From NCBI GenBank assembly GCA_043757045.1, contig JAYVQC010000241.1, forward strand, positions 10,410 to 74,409: a DNA stretch of 64,000 nucleotides, read 5' to 3'. Within the stretch, counting starts at the first letter, position 1, and the number at the start of each line of letters is the position of its first letter. Source of the DNA: Akkermansia sp. Lineage in GTDB: Bacteria > Verrucomicrobiota > Verrucomicrobiia > Limisphaerales > SIBH01. Positions 63,701 through 64,000 of the stretch are shown piece after piece. The translations under genes and the position numbers were made by a program. Below the pieces are notes generated by a model. That model was not told the origin of the DNA, made no database searches, and was given only the letters and a program-made list of their open reading frames with translations.

Positions 63701-64000
63701 ACGGCGCGGGCACGAACACCATCAGCTACACCATTGCGGCGAATCCGAATCCCGCGCAGCGGGTCGGCGCGCTGTTCGTGGACGGAAAGACTTTCGTCGT
63801 CACGCAACTCGCCCTTGTCTGCGAAATCACCCTGACGACCACGAGCCGCAACCACGGCGCGGGTGCGGACACAAACACGATTGGCGTCACCGCCAACGGT
63901 GCGGGCTGCCCGTGGAACGCTACCACCGTCGCCAGTTGGATCAGCCTCACCGGCGCGAGCGGCACCGGCGATGGCGCGGTGACTTACACGCTCGCCTCGA
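60715..64000 (+). CDS. Secreted protein with an N-terminal cohesin-like domain followed by at least 11 BACON-like repeats; 3' end beyond the window
   Basis: Not in the ORF track (open at the window end). ATG at 60715 gives MRKCLNTLLQAGVLSLALAFAVETAGA, then DRVLRAHDFTVARGQTNTLRISLESLGDVNALGFTVCFDTNLFALV, then repeats such as CTYALNTNSASVAFSGGSRTANVLTDFICAWTAENTNAWIQFTSVTNGTGAGSVTFNVALNPELAPRTGTLTIAGQTFTVNQ. These continue without a stop to base 64000. Confidence 0.85.
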   Translation, partial: MRKCLNTLLQAGVLSLALAFAVETAGADRVLRAHDFTVARGQTNTLRISLESLGDVNALGFTVCFDTNLFALVPPVRRGAAISNLYPSATFTPNTAALETNGWIGLVIGLDIGTGETWPTGTNQLVEMDFRALPGTGSSNAAIEICDKVTAPEMSNADAQPLVASYSHANVLVTGDCTYALNTNSASVAFSGGSRTANVLTDFICAWTAENTNAWIQFTSVTNGTGAGSVTFNVALNPELAPRTGTLTIAGQTFTVNQAAFVCDYAITPTTRMHAPGAETNSVSLSTSNQCPWTIENTNSWITILSPLSGTGSTTVDYRLAANPNIVPRTGTVVIAGQTLTLAQDPLICTYALTPTSRSHAPTAGTNSFSFTAPAPCAWTAATTNNWIVLISGLNGLGNGSVSYRLLANANSVSRAGSIDLSGENFAVTQDGAPCDPVLTPSGLSHGFNTATGLVSVALPTGCVWNASTTNSWITIDSGTSGLGTGTVGYTVASNAQFTSRLGVITIAGAAFTVSQSGAPCPTTLDPVSATLGHNAATGTVSVAVAGPCAWTTENTNAWVQILSGSGTSTGTVTYAVAPNTNITARVATLIIAGEIFSLTQNGAPCAYALTPANQNLGPNAVTNSFTVTAQAGCAWTVDNTNSWITIQSGANGNGGGVVTYSLAANPIAVSRTATILVADQSFAITQDAAACTFALSVTTRTHGPTAVTNSVVLTTLTGCAWTISNLNSWITFPAGTNGSGTFTNIYQVEANPDPVGRTGVVMIAGRVLTIAQNPAPCSYALNPTSRAHGSGSETGLVSVTTHPLCNWTAVPSASWIIINTGASNSGPGSIGYTLAANTNGAGRTGFIAVNGQANTITQAGLPCVFAITPTNASHGFNAVTASVAVATLEGCNWTISNTNSWITILSGLNNSGSNTLIYALAANPSTLPRAAVVVIAGIEFSIAQNGAPCTYTLIPGSRLHPASADTNSLIIEAGSNCAWAASTTNAWLAFTSATNGAGTNTISYTIAANPNPAQRVGALFVDGKTFVVTQLALVCEITLTTTSRNHGAGADTNTIGVTANGAGCPWNATTVASWISLTGASGTGDGAVTYTLAS
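60795..61240 (+). other. Cohesin-like domain (last protein)
   Basis: FTVARGQTNTLRISLESLGDVNALGFTVCFDTNLFALVPP...NGWIGLVIGLDIGTGETWPTGTNQLVEMDFRALPG...ASYSHANVLV, parallel to the two other cohesin-like modules. Confidence 0.5.

Noticed and set aside
58021-63855. Minus-strand ORFs 58021..59664, 60646..62052 and 62089..63855
   Set aside because: They are antisense to the BACON-repeat genes. The plus frame gives regular 86-aa repeats with conserved Cys/Trp, whereas the minus frames give Arg/Gly/Asp-rich strings.
26031-63965. Possibility that the regular DNA periodicities (about 225-bp MBG-like units, ~258-bp BACON units, ~675-bp module units) are CRISPR or non-coding satellite arrays
   Set aside because: The units are too long and too diverged. 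They have no unique spacers between identical short repeats. They are in frame within long ORFs that encode conserved protein domains.

Overview
GC-rich bacterial chromosomal segment. The domain repertoire and REP-type repeats suggest a PVC/Verrucomicrobiota-like organism, but that is inference only. No rRNA, tRNA, CRISPR array, transposase or integrase was recognised.

Bases 1-16150 carry mostly ordinary genes:
- a minus-strand operon of S9 DPP-IV-like peptidase, GH39, DapA-family aldolase, HExxH-peptidase::cyclophilin fusion and an ankyrin protein;
- a PAS-AraC regulator, an FkbM methyltransferase, a GT61/DUF563 glycosyltransferase, Lrp/AsnC and purE;
- a small AT-richer cassette inserted behind purE;
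- a minus-strand HlyD-type MFP plus a large TPR protein.

From 16978 to the window end (about 47 kb) every gene is on the + strand:
- a NarL/LuxR response regulator;
- an Alg8-like GT2 synthase, a PilZ-less HlyD-type MFP, an AlgD-like GDP-mannose 6-dehydrogenase and a DPHD-motif beta-helix epimerase;
- a ~5,300-aa protein with a PL6 lyase head followed by MBG-like, PKD, BACON-like and cohesin-like domains, then 13 copies of an uncharacterised ~140-aa module interleaved with Ig I-set domains;
- a TolC-like outer-membrane protein, then a ~1,518-aa PL8 lyase/DNRLRE/PA14 protein;
- a second response regulator whose phospho-acceptor Asp is Asn;
- a ~3,300-aa PA14-like/LTD/CotH/dockerin-like/cohesin-like protein;
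- two BACON-array proteins, the last one truncated by the window.

The best candidate for an undescribed system is this block: an alginate-type uronic-acid polysaccharide synthase module wired to an MFP and a TolC-type protein instead of AlgK/AlgE. It is co-transcribed with giant lyase-headed and cohesin/dockerin-like surface proteins, four of which share a ~70-aa C-terminal module ending in RFYR.

A second recurring signal is a set of short tandem-repeat hairpin elements at gene 5' ends. Their arms are translated as the n- and h-regions of signal peptides.

All family calls rest on motif reading and remembered reference sequences. No database search was possible.
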